DNA of 64,000 nt from Negaprion brevirostris (Eukaryota): positions 35,673,945 through 35,737,944 of the forward strand of contig JARDVH010000097.1 in assembly GCA_030324005.1 (NCBI GenBank), in the 5' to 3' direction. The notes under the pieces are model-generated. The model worked only from the letters and a program-made list of their open reading frames with translations. It made no database searches and had not been told where the DNA came from. A program made the translations under genes and the position numbers. This document shows, in pieces, positions 1 to 12,217 of this stretch. Within the stretch, counting starts at the first letter, position 1. Each line of letters opens with the position of its first letter.

Positions 1-291
1 ACCGACCACAATCCCACTCAGGTCCTACCGCATAACCCTACATATTTACTCGCTAATCCCTGTAACCTATGCATCTCAGGACACTAAGGAGCAATTTTAT
101 TTTCGCATGGCCAATCAACCTAACCTGCACGTGTTTGGACTATGGGAGGAAACTGGATCATCTGGAGGAAACCCATGCAGGCACAAGGAGAATGTGCAAC
201 TCCACACAGACAGTGACCCAAACTGGGAATCAAACCCAGGTCCCTGGAGCTGTGAAGCAGCAGTGCTAACCACTGTTCTACCATGTCGTCC
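1..291 (-). mobile_element. HE1-type V-SINE (tRNA-derived head, V domain), truncated by window edge
   Basis: Minus strand starts ggacgacatggtagaacagtggttagcactgctgcttcacagctccagggacctgggtttgattccc (A/B boxes), followed by the gtgtggagttgcacattctcc...gggtttcctcc core; about 11 similar copies in the window. Confidence 0.9.
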
Positions 292-688
292 TACAGTGTA
301 GTGCAAGTATAGGCAAGTAGTGTTGTTGCCTATCTTTACTGATTGTGGTCTGTGAGTTAGGAAGTTCACAGAGGGAAGCGCCGAGGCCCAGGCCACAGAA
401 TTTGGAGATGAGTTTTGTGGGAATAATAGTGTTGAAAGCTGAGCTGTATTCAATAAATAGGAGTCTGCCGTAAGTGTCTTTGTTATCTAGGTGTTCCAGG
501 GCTGAATGCAGGGCTAGCGAAATACCGTCTGCTGAGGACCTGTTGCTGCGGTAGTCAAACTGTAGTGGATCCAGGACACTGGAATTGATTTGTGCCATGA
601 TCAATCTTTCGAAGCACTTCACAATGATGGATGTCAGAGCCACCGGCCAATAGTCATTAAGGCACACTGCTTGGTTTTTCTTAGGTGA
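292..688 (-). mobile_element. Rex1/Babar LINE reverse-transcriptase fragment (decayed)
   Basis: ORF 278..667 [21 protein letters not shown]...[30 protein letters not shown]...[15 protein letters not shown] matches the Rex1/Babar RT motifs. Confidence 0.9.
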
Positions 689-1205
689 GGAAGTGCTGTG
701 TTATCTTATGGATGAGACATTAAACTGAGGCCTAATTTGCCTTTAGAGGTGGCTGCATAAGATACCACAACACTATTTCAAAGAAAACTGAGCAATTTAT
801 CCTTTTGTGTCCACACTAATATTTATCCCTCAATCAATATCACCGAGGCAGCTGTGTTTGGGAGTTTGCTGTGCGCAAATAGGCTGCCCTATTTAAAATC
901 ATAGAATTATAGAATCTTATAGTACGAAGAGGCCCTTTGGCCCACTGAGACTGCATTGACATGTGAAAAACACCTGACCTCCTGCCTAATCCCATTCACC
1001 AGCACTTGGCCCATAGCGTTGAATGTTATGATGTGCCAAGTGCTCATCCAGGTACTTTTTAAAGGGTGTGAGACAAGCTGCCTCTACCACCCTCTCAGGC
1101 AGCACGTTCCAGACCATAGAACCATGATAACGTGTCAAATTAGTCTTAAAGTGCATTGAGATATCTTGTGATCATGAAAGATGCTGTATAAGTTCAAGTT
1201 TTTCC
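689..1205 (+). mobile_element. Deu-domain SINE (SacSINE1-like), split by a CR1 3' fragment
   Basis: ggatgagacattaaactgaggcc...aatatttatccctcaatcaa...gggagtttgctgtgcgcaaataggctgcc; the tail gatcatgaaagatgctgtataagttcaag resumes after about 1118. Confidence 0.75.
897..1117 (-). mobile_element. CR1/HER1-type LINE 3' end
   Basis: (catagaat)-type tail repeat, gaggccctttggccc, and gcctctaccaccctctcaggcagcacgttccagacc (WN.LP..VV.A on the minus strand). Confidence 0.8.
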
Positions 1206-1678
1206 TAGCGGGGAAGGGCCTAGAAAGAACCAGACATACAAAAGTTAACAACTCCATCACCTAATATCCATGGGCAATGTGGTCCTCAGTAAAACATGAA
1301 AAGCCTGGTTTTGTGTCAACAATTCAAGCACTGGCCCTCCCTGATTAACATTAGTGAATTGCTTCATAAAAACTTTCAAAGAATATGGCCTCCTGCTGTG
1401 TGTTCGTCTCCCCTCCTCTTAGTCCTTCCAGCAGCTTGACCTGCTCTGTGTGATCTCTCTTCATTGTCCAGTCATGCTCAGTTCCCAGCAGGGGACTGAT
1501 CATGTCTGGAGGCAACTCGTTTCAGCAAAAACTTTCAAATGAACAACAAAGTACTTTAGCAACAGCCAGGCCACATTAAATGTTCAATTAAAACTTGAGT
1601 CAAATAAATGCAAGCTCCAAAAATACGTACAGTTGCTCCAAGTGCCAGAAGAAATAATTCAGTAACGACTCTCGAAAG

Positions 1679-3815
1679 CAGTAGTTTCCAACCTTTTCCT
1701 TTATGCAGACCAATAGATCATCATCAAAATCTTTTGCGGAGCATAACGCATGCAAGCTATTTCAAACATTCTTTTGTCCATAACCTACGGCTGAAGAGTG
1801 TCAAACTTGTATATAAGCCATATTAAAAGCACAGCTATTTCTAATAGTTCATGATGCACACTTACAAATATACTGCACTCGTCACAGCACAGTTACCTGC
1901 ATAGGGTATCAGTGGAAACATAACACTTACCAAAGAAGTCTGATGTTGTTTCACAGATGTCAAATGCTGGATATCAGGTTCCAGGGACAACAATCCGAGA
2001 TCTGGTTCAACATTAAGTTTATTCTGATATTTGGGCTTCAATGTGACAAACACTGAAAATCCACTTTTGCAAAAGTAAATTGTAGGAAAAAGTATCAGAA
2101 ATGTTGCCGCCTTGTCGGACAGTTCCGCGTATTCCGAAGTAATATTGAGACAAAAGTCAGTCAGGCAGTTCTGAGAAGCATCCAGCTTTGAAGTATTGTC
2201 ACAGGACAGCTCCTCAAGGTTGTCTTTCTCTCTCGAGGTCAGGCTTGCGAGGATATCATCATCAAGGCTCACAAAGAGATTTTCTATCCATTTGAACTTT
2301 GTGTTGGGAACAGGGAAGTATTTGCGTAGCTGTGTTTTCAAACTTTGCAGGTGCTCTCTGAAGTCATGTTTCACTCTGTTTAGAAGCTGTATTTTCTGCC
2401 ATGGCCAAAAATTCTGACAGATTCGCAACTGAGTCGTAATTTGACTGCTCAAGTCGCTTGACCCACATCTCTCGTTTCTCAATCATTGCTTGTATTTTGT
2501 CCTGCACTTGAAAACTGTCAATGATTTTTTAGAGACCATTTCAGTGATTAAAAATATCTGCAAAGGTGCCAATTTGGCAAGCCACTGGAATCTATTGAAA
2601 CGTTGTGAGAATTCAAACCTCGAGTTAAATAAAAATTCTTACTTCATCGTGTGACTCAAAAAGACATGAGAGTGCCCTTCCTCAGAAGAGCCAGTGGTCC
2701 TCAGTGTGCAGAAGTAGTTGATGGTGATCACTGTCCCTCCTGTCATGTGGAGCTACAAATACTTGCGAATTCAGTGGACAGGCCTTGGTAAAATTAACTT
2801 TTAACCGCTTCCTCCAAAATGGTCATGAGATCAGCAGGCATGTTCTTTGCAGCTATCACCTCTCTGTGGAGGCTGAAATGAATGGATGTCACTAGCAGAC
2901 CTACTGTTCTTACATGCATAACAACCCCACTGTGTTGGCCTAGTATCTGAGCAGCTGTAAATAGAACTAAACAGTGTGCAAACATCAGCGAATATTCCCA
3001 CTTCTATCCTTATGGTGGAGGGAAGGTCAAATGAAGCAGTTGGAGATCGTTGGGCTGAGGACACTATCCTGAGGAACTCCTGCAGTGATGTTCTGAGACT
3101 GAGATGATTGACCACCAATAACCACAACTAACTGCCTTTGTGCTCAGTGGAGATTTCCTCCTGGTTGCCACTGACTTCAGTGATGCCACACTCAATCAAT
3201 GCTGCCTCAATGTCAAGTGTAATTACTTATAGCTCACCAGTTGAGTTCAGCTCTTTTGTCATGTTTGAAACCAGGACCTAACAGACGTTGGTAGAACCCA
3301 AACTCAGCATCAGTGAGCAGATTATTGTTACACAAGTGACACTTGATTGCACTGTCACTGGCATCTTCCATCACTTTGCAGATGATTGAGGATAGTCTGA
3401 CAACACCATAAATGGCTGGGTTGCTTTCCTCCTGCTTTTTTGTGGAAAGGAGATTTTCATATTATTCAATAAATGCCAGTGTTGTAAATTTACCAGAACA
3501 GCTTGTCTAAGGTCAGTTTGTTCTGGAGGACAAGTACTTTTGCAAGATCTTGACAAGCTCCATAGCCTTTGCCATACCCAGTGCCTTCAGCTGTTTCTTG
3601 GGAGAATGGAATTGGCTGAAGACTGGCACCTGTGATGCTGAGGAGCTCAAGAGGAAGTCAAGAGGAATCATCCAACTGGATGAAAATTGTTTGAAAACGG
3701 ATGTCTTGGATCCCCAGCATTTATTTGTGGAGCCTTCTCCTCTGGTTACTGATGGAAGTGTGCACATATCTATTTTGCAGATTCGGAGGGTGTATAATGC
3801 CTTGAAAATGATAGT
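1679..3815 (-). mobile_element. hAT Buster/Charlie DNA transposon remnant (transposase C-terminal half plus one TIR), interrupted by a LINE fragment
   Basis: Minus-strand peptides FPTIYFCKSGFS...KYQNKLNVEPDL (dimerisation domain), HFSLHREVIAAK (CxxH-like motif), LLHTEDHW, GQHSGVV and IFKALYTL..KID; TIR-like cagtagtttccaaccttttcc at 1679. Confidence 0.9.
2981..3756 (-). mobile_element. Zenon-like CR1-group LINE, internal RT fragment inserted in the hAT transposase
   Basis: cctgaggaactcctgc reads as GVPQ on the minus strand; KAM...LV and the LDI.AA motif; flanked by the 8-bp direct repeat agtgtgca (2973-2980 and 3757-3764). Confidence 0.8.
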
Positions 3816-4789
3816 GGAAAGCTCACTTTCTCCCTCAAATTTTCAATACGATGCTGGAATTGGACCATAATCCCTCAAACAGTTAAGTTTTAATTAATTT
3901 ACAAAATGAGCATGAAACGCACTTACCAAAAAATGAAATGTTACTGTAATAAAGAGAGGTTTGATATGATGAAAGGGTGCATTATTCAGCAGTAATTGCA
4001 GTTTCAAATTCTAATCTCTATAAACAGCAGTATAATTATTGTACTTAGTCCTTTCTTATCTACATAATGGAACAGTGAACTGGGAAAGTTGAGGGGAATC
4101 TCAGCTGAATAAAGTTTTCAGTGGTTGGGTAAAACTGAAAGAGTCGGGCAAATAAAGGGAAAATGTTTAGTGACATCTTGTATTGTGTGGTGAAATTAAA
4201 TTATAACATAAAAATCAGTCAAGTAATTTCATGCAAACATTTGTTCCAATAAAATTCAGTTTACTTAAAGATGCAAAATCTTTTGTACATTTGCCAGGAT
4301 TTTCTGTGGATCTAACTGCCTGCTGAAATTGATTTCCCGAGGTGAGTTAGCTTGACGGTTCAAAGAATTCTGTCTAATTTACACTAAATGAGAAAATGAA
4401 TCAAACCCTCCAGCTGCATCAGAATGGGCAGCAGTTCAAATCTCTGACTGTTTTAATTAACAAAGTACAAATTCCTGTGTGCTTTATTCTATGTGGTATG
4501 TCCATGGGATGATTGCTTTCCTTTCCCTCATTGACTGTGAGGACATGAGCCTTAGTGTGATCCACTGTCTGGTAAACACCATAGCAATAACTGGAGCAAA
4601 GAGTGTCATATGATATTCCCTATTTGTGTCTTTTTGGTGGTTCATTGAAATGTCCCTACATGGTTATTCAATACAGATTTATCCATAAAACACTAGCATG
4701 TTAGAACAATAACACCAAGTTCCTGTCTGTGTTTTTATTTGAAAGATTATTATTAAGGGATTTATGACAACATCTTGAAAGTCCCTAAC

Positions 4790-5025
4790 ATAAAAGCAAA
4801 TTACTGCAGATGAAATTATGATGAAGAGACTTGAAAACATTAGCTGTGTTCGCTCTCCAGTAATGCTGTCAGACCTGCTGAGTGGGATTTTACGGCCTCG
4901 CTCATCCCAAAACCGTAAAATCCTACACAAGGTCAACGGACCTTTCTATGTTCTGCCCCATGAGTCCCATGACAAGCTGTCATAGTCCAGCTGCTGAGAT
5001 GTTCCAGCTTTTTCTGTATTTTCTT
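4790..5025 (+). mobile_element. Short Penelope-associated terminal repeat with an embedded PIF/Harbinger-type fragment
   Basis: tgatgaagagacttgaaaacatt...gctgtcagacctgctgag...ttccagctttttctgtatttt resembles the 3' ends at 18420 and 58930; small hairpin ggattttacgg...ccgtaaaatcc near 4885-4923. Confidence 0.5.
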
Positions 5026-6564
5026 TTGAAAATCCCCTTTGTTGTCATGTTTACATCAGTAGCCATCTCTCTCTTCACAGCCTCAATGAATTAAAGAAAC
5101 TTCAAACTTTTCAGGCCAGCATTCCAATCTAGACTGGCAGCCACTATTTACTGAGGTTATACAAAGTAATTTTGACATAGGACAATGACATAAAATGGCA
5201 ATAGTGAATTAGCCTTCCATTGTATACCCATCTGAATCTTCCTTCTGTTGACTTCAAGAGAAAGGACAATCAAGCAGGATGGATAATGGGCAACTAATCT
5301 GATATTGTCCATTTGAAAGAATAACCTAATTTTATAATTACTCTCCCTCCATCAACCTCTACCCCACCATCCTAAACAATCTCCAGAATAAATCATATGA
5401 GATCCAACCTAGAAATTATGAATTAAACCATAATAGAAACACAGTGGAATTAATTTTCAATGTCCCACCCAAATGAGAAGCCAATGTTGTGAATTGGTCA
5501 ACCAGCACAGATAATTCAAGATTTTCATCTCCAGTGATTACATGTTTGGCAGTTGGAAACTCACATCAACATCACTGAAATTAAATCTAAAGCCATTTTT
5601 TTCACCATTTATTTAATAAAAGTTTTGTTGGTTATATATTCTCCCTCCCCCAGCTCTCCTATCCCTGATCTCCACGTTTAAGTTCATACCATTCCCTTAC
5701 CAANNNNNNNNNNNNNNNNNNNNNNNNNNNNNNNNNNNNNNNNNNNNNNNNNNNNNNNNNNNNNNNNNNNNNNNNNNNNNNNNTATTGGCCTGTAACCTG
5801 ATTCTGGAAGGTGTGTAAAAGCAACCCCATTGATTTGTCCTCTAAGCTCCCTCCAACACCCAAAGGTCCATGTTAAAATGGGAACTCACTAACATGGCCA
5901 ATTCCAACACCGAAGCATATTTTCAACCCCTGCAGCATTCCATTTTGGAGCATTACTGAGCCACCCAAAACTTTCACTTTTTAATTAGTTATATCTATCT
6001 TGGCTGCAGACATAATGCTAATTGACATCTCATTAACACTGCTGGCAAAGGTGATGCTGAGGACTGCTTTGAACATCCCAGAATACCTTCTCATTATTGT
6101 TCTGTCAGTCATGTGTGCAGACTGAATTTTGCTTGTGTATTATGTACAGAATAAATGCTTTGTTACACAAGCAATGTATCCATTCCCACTTCAATCACAG
6201 AAACCAGAGTGTTGAACTGAAACCACAAATCATGTCCCCTATTTTTCAGCAAAGTCAGCCTTCTGCCCGAAACAAAAAGAAAATCAGTAAAATGCATCCA
6301 TTGACCATCAGCCAAACGTTTAGAGAGAAACANNNNNNNNNNNNNNNNNNNNNNNNNNNNNNNAATTAGCAGATCTTGACCTTCATTGGGAGCAAAATCC
6401 TACAAGCATGTTCGGCTTTTTACTGACAACTGAAAATAAATAAACAGAAAACTAAACACTTAAGCTCCTGAATTCCCTCTAACATCTTTTCTGCAAAGGG
6501 ACAGCAGCATTATGACGCCATAGAAAGGAGAAAGGTGATTTTTATGATATATTTTTCTACATTA

Positions 6565-6995
6565 GTCATGGTTCAATAATGCCATTTCTATCTCAGAAGG
6601 TCATTGATTCAAGTTCCACCTCGTGAATTTATAAGCTGGGCTGACACTCCAGTGCAGCATTACACTGAGGAAGTGCTGATCTGAAATGCCATCTTTTGGA
6701 TGAGGCATTAGATTGTCAGCCCTCATCGGTGCACACAAAGGCATCATTTCAAAGAAGAGCATGGGAGTTCTCCCTGGTGCCCCACTCAATGTTTATCTCT
6801 CAACCAGCATTGCTGACAAGATTACTTGGCCATTATCTCATTACTGTTTATGGGATCACACTATGTATACATTAGCTACTGAATTTCCTACATTACAACA
6901 ATGATGATTACATTTCAAAAGTGTTCAATTGCCCATGTTGCATTTTGAGATGCCTTGAGGTCATGGAAAGTGCTATTTAAGTGCTTGTCTTTCAT
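6565..6995 (+). mobile_element. Deu-domain SINE (SacSINE1-like), near full length
   Basis: gctgacactccagtgcagca...ttttggatgaggcatta...caaagaagagcatgggagttctccctggtg...ttcctacattacaaca...gaggtcatggaaagtgctat. Confidence 0.8.
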
Positions 6996-7544
6996 TTGTT
7001 TTTCTTTGGCTCCCACGAAACACTGGAGACAATTGTACATTTTGGTGGTAATGTAGAACCAGCAAATATTGAATCAGTCACCCATGTTGCTTGTCTCCTG
7101 ATTTTCATTTTTGTTGACTTTGATCGATATCACCAGTTTTTATATTAGCATACAATGTCAAAATTACGGTCACTGGATACAGAGGCAGACAGTTGTATCC
7201 TTAGTGTGTGCTTTATTTCACAAAGCATTGGAGGAAGAAGTAAAAATTTAAACAACACTACTCCAAAGCAAATATTTGCAGTACCAAAACTGATTCGCAT
7301 GAAAAACAAGGTGAACTGCCTATACTCCTTCCTTCATCACCAGATGTGGATACTCCAGCTCAGCTATGGATGACCAACTGTCCATCTGCAATTCCCCTAA
7401 TCCTGCGAAATGGACTTGGTCAAGTGTAGATGTGTCAGATGGGAGAATGTCTTAACCCGTCGAAGATCCTCATCATTCTGGTAGAGAGATAGAAAAACAG
7501 TAAGAAATCTTCAAAAGGATATTCAGTAGAGTTCAAGAGAAATG

Positions 7545-8590
7545 TATATCACAAAAAGCAAGCTAATTATGGAGCACGATGAATGAAGAAAACTATGGGA
7601 AAATTTGAATCTAGAGATAAAGATGTATGAGTACTTAGAGAAGAGGACCAAAGAGAATACAAAGAGCTTGGGAGAGAGGTTAAAAAATCATCAGAAAAGC
7701 AAACATAAATTATAAAATTAAATTATCTCAGAATATAGAAATAAAATTAAAGTAGGGAGAGGCCACTAAAGGATGAGTGAGATAATCCCATAGTTAATGA
7801 CAGAAATGGCATAAGTATTGGATAATTGCTTTGCCTCAATTTTTATTAAAAAGGATACGAAAACAGACATTTCACTAGTGCAAAAGAAAGAGAAAAAATA
7901 ACTGAGAAAAGCTAAGGAGAATAAAGCCCCAATTTTAGATGATATGCACATAAATATACTCAAATAAACTAGGGAGGAGGATGTAAATATACTTGTTTCA
8001 ATAGAAAAGAAAACATAGCAAACAGAATAGTGCCGAAGGACTGGTAGAACAGGTGGACAGCTAATGTTATTCATATATTTCTAAAAGAGAGATGGGATAA
8101 AACCTGTGTTCATAACATGGCCAAACAGGTTGAGTATCAACCTGCAAATCCTTCCAAACATGCCACATGCTGGCAGTAAGAATGCAAGAGACTCCTGTGG
8201 CAAAACTCTCCCATCCCATCTACCACAGGAATCGTAACGAGCGAGACACAAACCATTCAAAAGTCCATTGACCTCGGGTGGGATTTTCCGGTCTTAAGGC
8301 GAATGTGGCTGGAAAATCCCACACCTGGTCAGCTATGCTTCACATGGAGCAGAGTCCTTCAAGCGATAAGCCCTTCGCAACAGATTAGTCACCTGTTCCA
8401 GGAATTACTCGCTGTGGAAACAGATAAAAGTCTGCCTTAGTGCACCATTAAATATGGGAAGAGATTTGGAAAGTGGACAGTGTAACATAATGCAAAAAAA
8501 ATCAGAAAACCTGCATCCATAAGTGGCAAGTTATCTTTAGCATAGGTAAATATGAGGTGCACCTTGGTAGGAAATATAGGAAATATTCTT
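7545..8590 (+). mobile_element. Highly decayed CR1 ORF2 fragment
   Basis: Purine-rich linker reads YKELGREVKK..RKA and EMA..LDNCFASIF; KCEV.HFGRKN-like ggtaaatatgaggtgcaccttggtaggaaa near 8545. Confidence 0.6.
8195..8325. mobile_element. PIF/Harbinger-type MITE fragment
   Basis: gggtgggattttccgg...ggaaaatcccacacc internal inverted motif, the same type as at 4884 and 33050. Confidence 0.5.
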
Positions 8591-8594
8591 TCCT

Positions 8595-10050
8595 GATTTG
8601 CTCCTCACGTTAAATCTCTTAACCTTCTCTGCTATAATCAAGATTGCCCTCGTATCTCAAATAATTCCTCACAACTATAGTTGTCATATACCTGGCAACA
8701 TCCTGATTCATGTACTCAGTAAACCCTCTATGATTTTAATTTCCTCTATATAGTATAGCTCCTAAAACTGTACACAATATTTCAAATGTGGCTAAACTAA
8801 TGTTTGGCACAAATCTATTATCAATTGTTTATTATTGTTCTTATTATGATCTCTGTAAAGATCAACAAGTTTTAAAAATAAATATCTGAGCTTCCCGTTT
8901 ATAGCTGAAAGTATAACATGACAGGATTTCACACTTTAAGACATTTACTCCAACAACAGACCAAAAGCACCATTGATTGAATATTACTTTAGTAGGTGAT
9001 TTACACCTTAAACTACAGAACTTTTAACACAACCAAAATAATTCACTATCAGGTATATGTTACATTGTCCATTAAATAGATATTAAATTTTCCCAGAAGC
9101 AATCCAAAGTGATTATTTGGTCTCTTTAGGGTTTACCTTTTTTTTCCCCTTTTTTAACCTAAAAATTCTAAACCCAGAATTGTCCTTCACAGTGAGAGTA
9201 TTACTAGAGATTCTTCCTCTTGCACAAGCTAAATGAGTCTTCCAGCCTTGTGTTAACACTCCACAATTTTGCTAATTTCAACCTCCTCCATATTCTGGCA
9301 TCGCAACCATGAAGACTTTTATCGTCATGCTGCTGTCTCCCAAATCTTGAGAGACTAACCTGACTATAATGGTCATTGATATTTTAGGAGAGCCTGTAAC
9401 TCAATATCACAATGGCTTCTTCTGTGTTCTTCCTATGTCAAAAAACCATCACTGTAGTGACATGAATCACATGGATCTTGTATCCAGGTAGAGATGCTGA
9501 TTTGCTATCCATAAGAGCCCTGATGTCCAGATGTCTTTCACTTTGAAACTAAATGGACAGTTTAAAACATATGTGTTTACGACTGGATATTCTCAACACT
9601 TTTCTAGGACTTTGGCAACTCAGAGTCTATCTGCTATTAGCACACAGGCTGCAATTATGTCTAAACACCTTACACCTTCTTCCCAGTAAAACAATCTGGG
9701 CTCCCTTGAATTATTAACAATCAAATCACCCAGGTTTTCTGTCATGCAAACTTCAGCACAGATCATATGACACCTTTCATTTTACCTTAAATACACAGAC
9801 CCAAAACATAACAATTTTATAAACCTCATAACTGGGATTTACTACAAAAACACTTTGAATAAACCCAAATTCCTCTTGACTATTTTAAATTCATATGTTT
9901 GAGCAACTTCTATTTGAGCCCCAAGTTTCTTTGTTCATCTGCACCCATCAACATCTTTCCATTTAGCATATGTTCCCAGTCCTTATTTTTCTTCCCAAAC
10001 TGTATTATAACACACTTCCCCACATTAAATTGCAAGTGCCGTCTGTCCCG
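8595..10050 (-). mobile_element. CR1 ORF2 C-terminal fragment split by an insertion of about 1 kb
   Basis: aaaactgtacacaatatttcaaatgtggc (PHL.YCVQF) at about 8765; resumes at about 9850 with QFNVGKCVIIQFGKKN...EQRNLG (ORF 9910..10125). Confidence 0.75.
8842..9833. mobile_element. Candidate solo LTR (about 990 bp) inserted in CR1
   Basis: Ends tattatga...tcataact, each one mismatch from TGTTATGA...TCATAACA; separates two colinear CR1 pieces; no clear TSD. Confidence 0.45.
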
Positions 10051-10069
10051 TGCGAATCTACTTCTGTAA

Positions 10070-10437
10070 CTTAAGCACATAACCCAGGTTGACAATTCAA
10101 TATAGTAAGTACTGAGGGATTTCAATACTGTCAGAGATGCTGGCTTTCAATTGAGATGTCAAAATAAGGCCCCACTTGCCTGTTAAATATAACATGACAC
10201 TATCCAAAAATGATCAGGGGAGTTCACCGACATTTCTCAACAAACAGCACCACACGCCAGATTATCTGTTCATTTTTCTCCATGCTGTTCGTGGCATTTT
10301 GGTCCATACATCTTGCCTGCTGTAATCCCCCATATTATTAAAGTGACTACACTTCAAAAAAATACATCATTTGCTGTGAAGAGCTTTAGCATGTCCTGAG
10401 CTTGTAAAAAGGTGTTCTATAAAATCAAGCTCTGTCA
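10070..10437 (+). mobile_element. Deu-domain SINE
   Basis: gtactgagggatt...gagatgtcaaaataaggcccc...gtgactacacttcaaaa...gtcctgagcttgtaaaaaggtgttctataaaatcaag. Confidence 0.75.
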
Positions 10438-10857
10438 TTTTTTTTTCTGAAGGCTTCTTAAATCCTTGGATAATATTCCATATCTTTAATTCCCTGACAG
10501 AAAATTTTGCTTGAATACTGCCTGATTTTCAAAGATTTGTAAAATTTAGAATCATTTTCCATGTCCACTATTCCCATCTCCAAATGTGACCTGCTTCAGA
10601 TGATATTGCCCTAATCAATCAACATATTTGCATGATCAAGTGGCTTAGCGTTTTTGAAAAAAAAACTATGTTTTAACGGAAATTAATTTCTGCTTCCAAA
10701 CCATAGAGCTTTACTTTGTACGTGAGTAAATGGGAAATGACACAAATCGAGTGGACAAACCAAACAGGTAATATACAGGTCTGTTAAGTAAAAAGAAGGA
10801 TAACACCGGGGAGGTAGAGAAGCTGAGTTTAAATGCCAAACTGGCAGCTACCTTTAA

Positions 10858-11337
10858 TGATGTGGAGATGCCAGCGTTGGACCGGGGTAAACACAGTAAC
10901 AAGTCTCACAACACCAGGTTAAAGTCCAACAGGTTTATTTGGTAGTAAGAGCCATTAGCTTTTGGGGTTTGCCCCTTCGTCAGGTGAGTGGGACTTCTGA
11001 CCACAAACAGTGCATATAAAGACACACACTCAGTTTACAGAGTACTGATTAGAATGCGAGTCTTTACAGTTGGTCAAACCCTAAAGTGCAATGTGAGTGG
11101 AGATCGCATTAAGCAGAGGTTAGAGATGTGTATTGTCTCCAGACAGGACAGTAAGTGAGATGTTGTAAGCCCAGGCAAGTCATGAGGGTTACAGATAGTG
11201 TGACATGAACCCAAGATCCCAGTTGAGGCCGTTCTCATGTGTGCGGAACTTGGCTATCAGTTTCTGCTCAGCGACTCTGTGCTGTCGTGTGTCCTGAAGG
11301 CCGTCTTGGACTTTAAACTGGTGTTGTGGGATTTCTT
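10858..11337 (-). mobile_element. Penelope-like element 3' end (ORF C-terminus, pseudo-LTR, tail) with a short inverted terminus
   Basis: ORF end RVAEQKLIAKFRTHENGLNWDLGFMSHYL*; terminal gatgtggagatgccagcgttggac...cacaacaccaggttaaagtccaac; inverted copy ttggactttaaactggtgttgtg at 11306-11337. Confidence 0.85.
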
Positions 11338-11884
11338 TGCAATTTAGGTTTTGCATGGGATTGATTAAGGTTAAAGAGTTTCCCATCTAGACACTGTTCA
11401 ATACTGACACCAGAGGGCCATTGATCTTTAATGAGGTGACTAACCATTGTTAGGTAGATTGTAAATAGTAAGGGGGCCATGACAGAGCCTTGCTTTACCC
11501 TGTTCTGGATTTTGTAGATAGCTGTTTCAGCTCTCTGTCAAGAAGTTGCAGTCCTATCATAATGAAGCAATTGCAGAATTATAATGAAGCTTCTTGGACA
11601 TTCAAATCTTTGAAATATAATCAAAACCCTCGTGTTTTCCTGATACAAATACTTTGGTGAGGTTATTGAGTGCAACAAAGAGACCCTGATGGTGTTCTCA
11701 ACATTATTTTTGGATTTGTCTGGCAACAAAGACCATGTCAGAGGTTCCCCTGGAAGGCCTAAAGCCATATTCTGTCTTTGGGAGGATTTCCCCAGCCACA
11801 TGGAGTAGGAGATCCAGGAGAATTCATGACAATTTTCACTAATGTAGACAATGGGGAAAAATCTTGATAGTTTCCACAACAGTA

Positions 11885-12175
11885 CACATTTTATACTCTT
11901 GATTTTTTTTTGTAGTATTGATCCCTCAGTATTTGTTATAAGCTTCCCTTTTTTATTTAACTTCTCTTTGACATTGAGAAGCATCTGAAATTTTTAGTCT
12001 CACCATTTTTCTTTAAGGGCACATATTTGTTTTGAATCCTCCCTATCTTTTCCTTAAATGCCTCACTAATCTAGCACTGATTTATACATTATGTAGCTGT
12101 TTCCAGTCTACTTTGCTAAGTCGCATCTCAGTTTAGTAAAATTAGCATTACCTCAATTGGGAACGTTTTTCCTGG
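11885..12175 (-). mobile_element. CR1 ORF2 fragment (post-endonuclease linker)
   Basis: Minus strand reads ANFTKLRCDLAKVDWKQL and AFKEKIGRIQNKYVPLKKK. Confidence 0.7.
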
Positions 12176-12217
12176 CCCATTATGAGCAGGAACCAAGATG
12201 AAATCTTGGTTCAATCT

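Noticed and set aside
1862-2482. 206-aa ORF as a domesticated ZBED/Buster host gene
   Set aside because: Frameshifts, degenerate motifs, a LINE insertion and a retained TIR indicate a dead transposon
11322-11881. tgttgtgg...ccacaaca as LTR termini
   Set aside because: The left motif is part of the inverted Penelope end (ctggtgttgtg), so the match is probably coincidental
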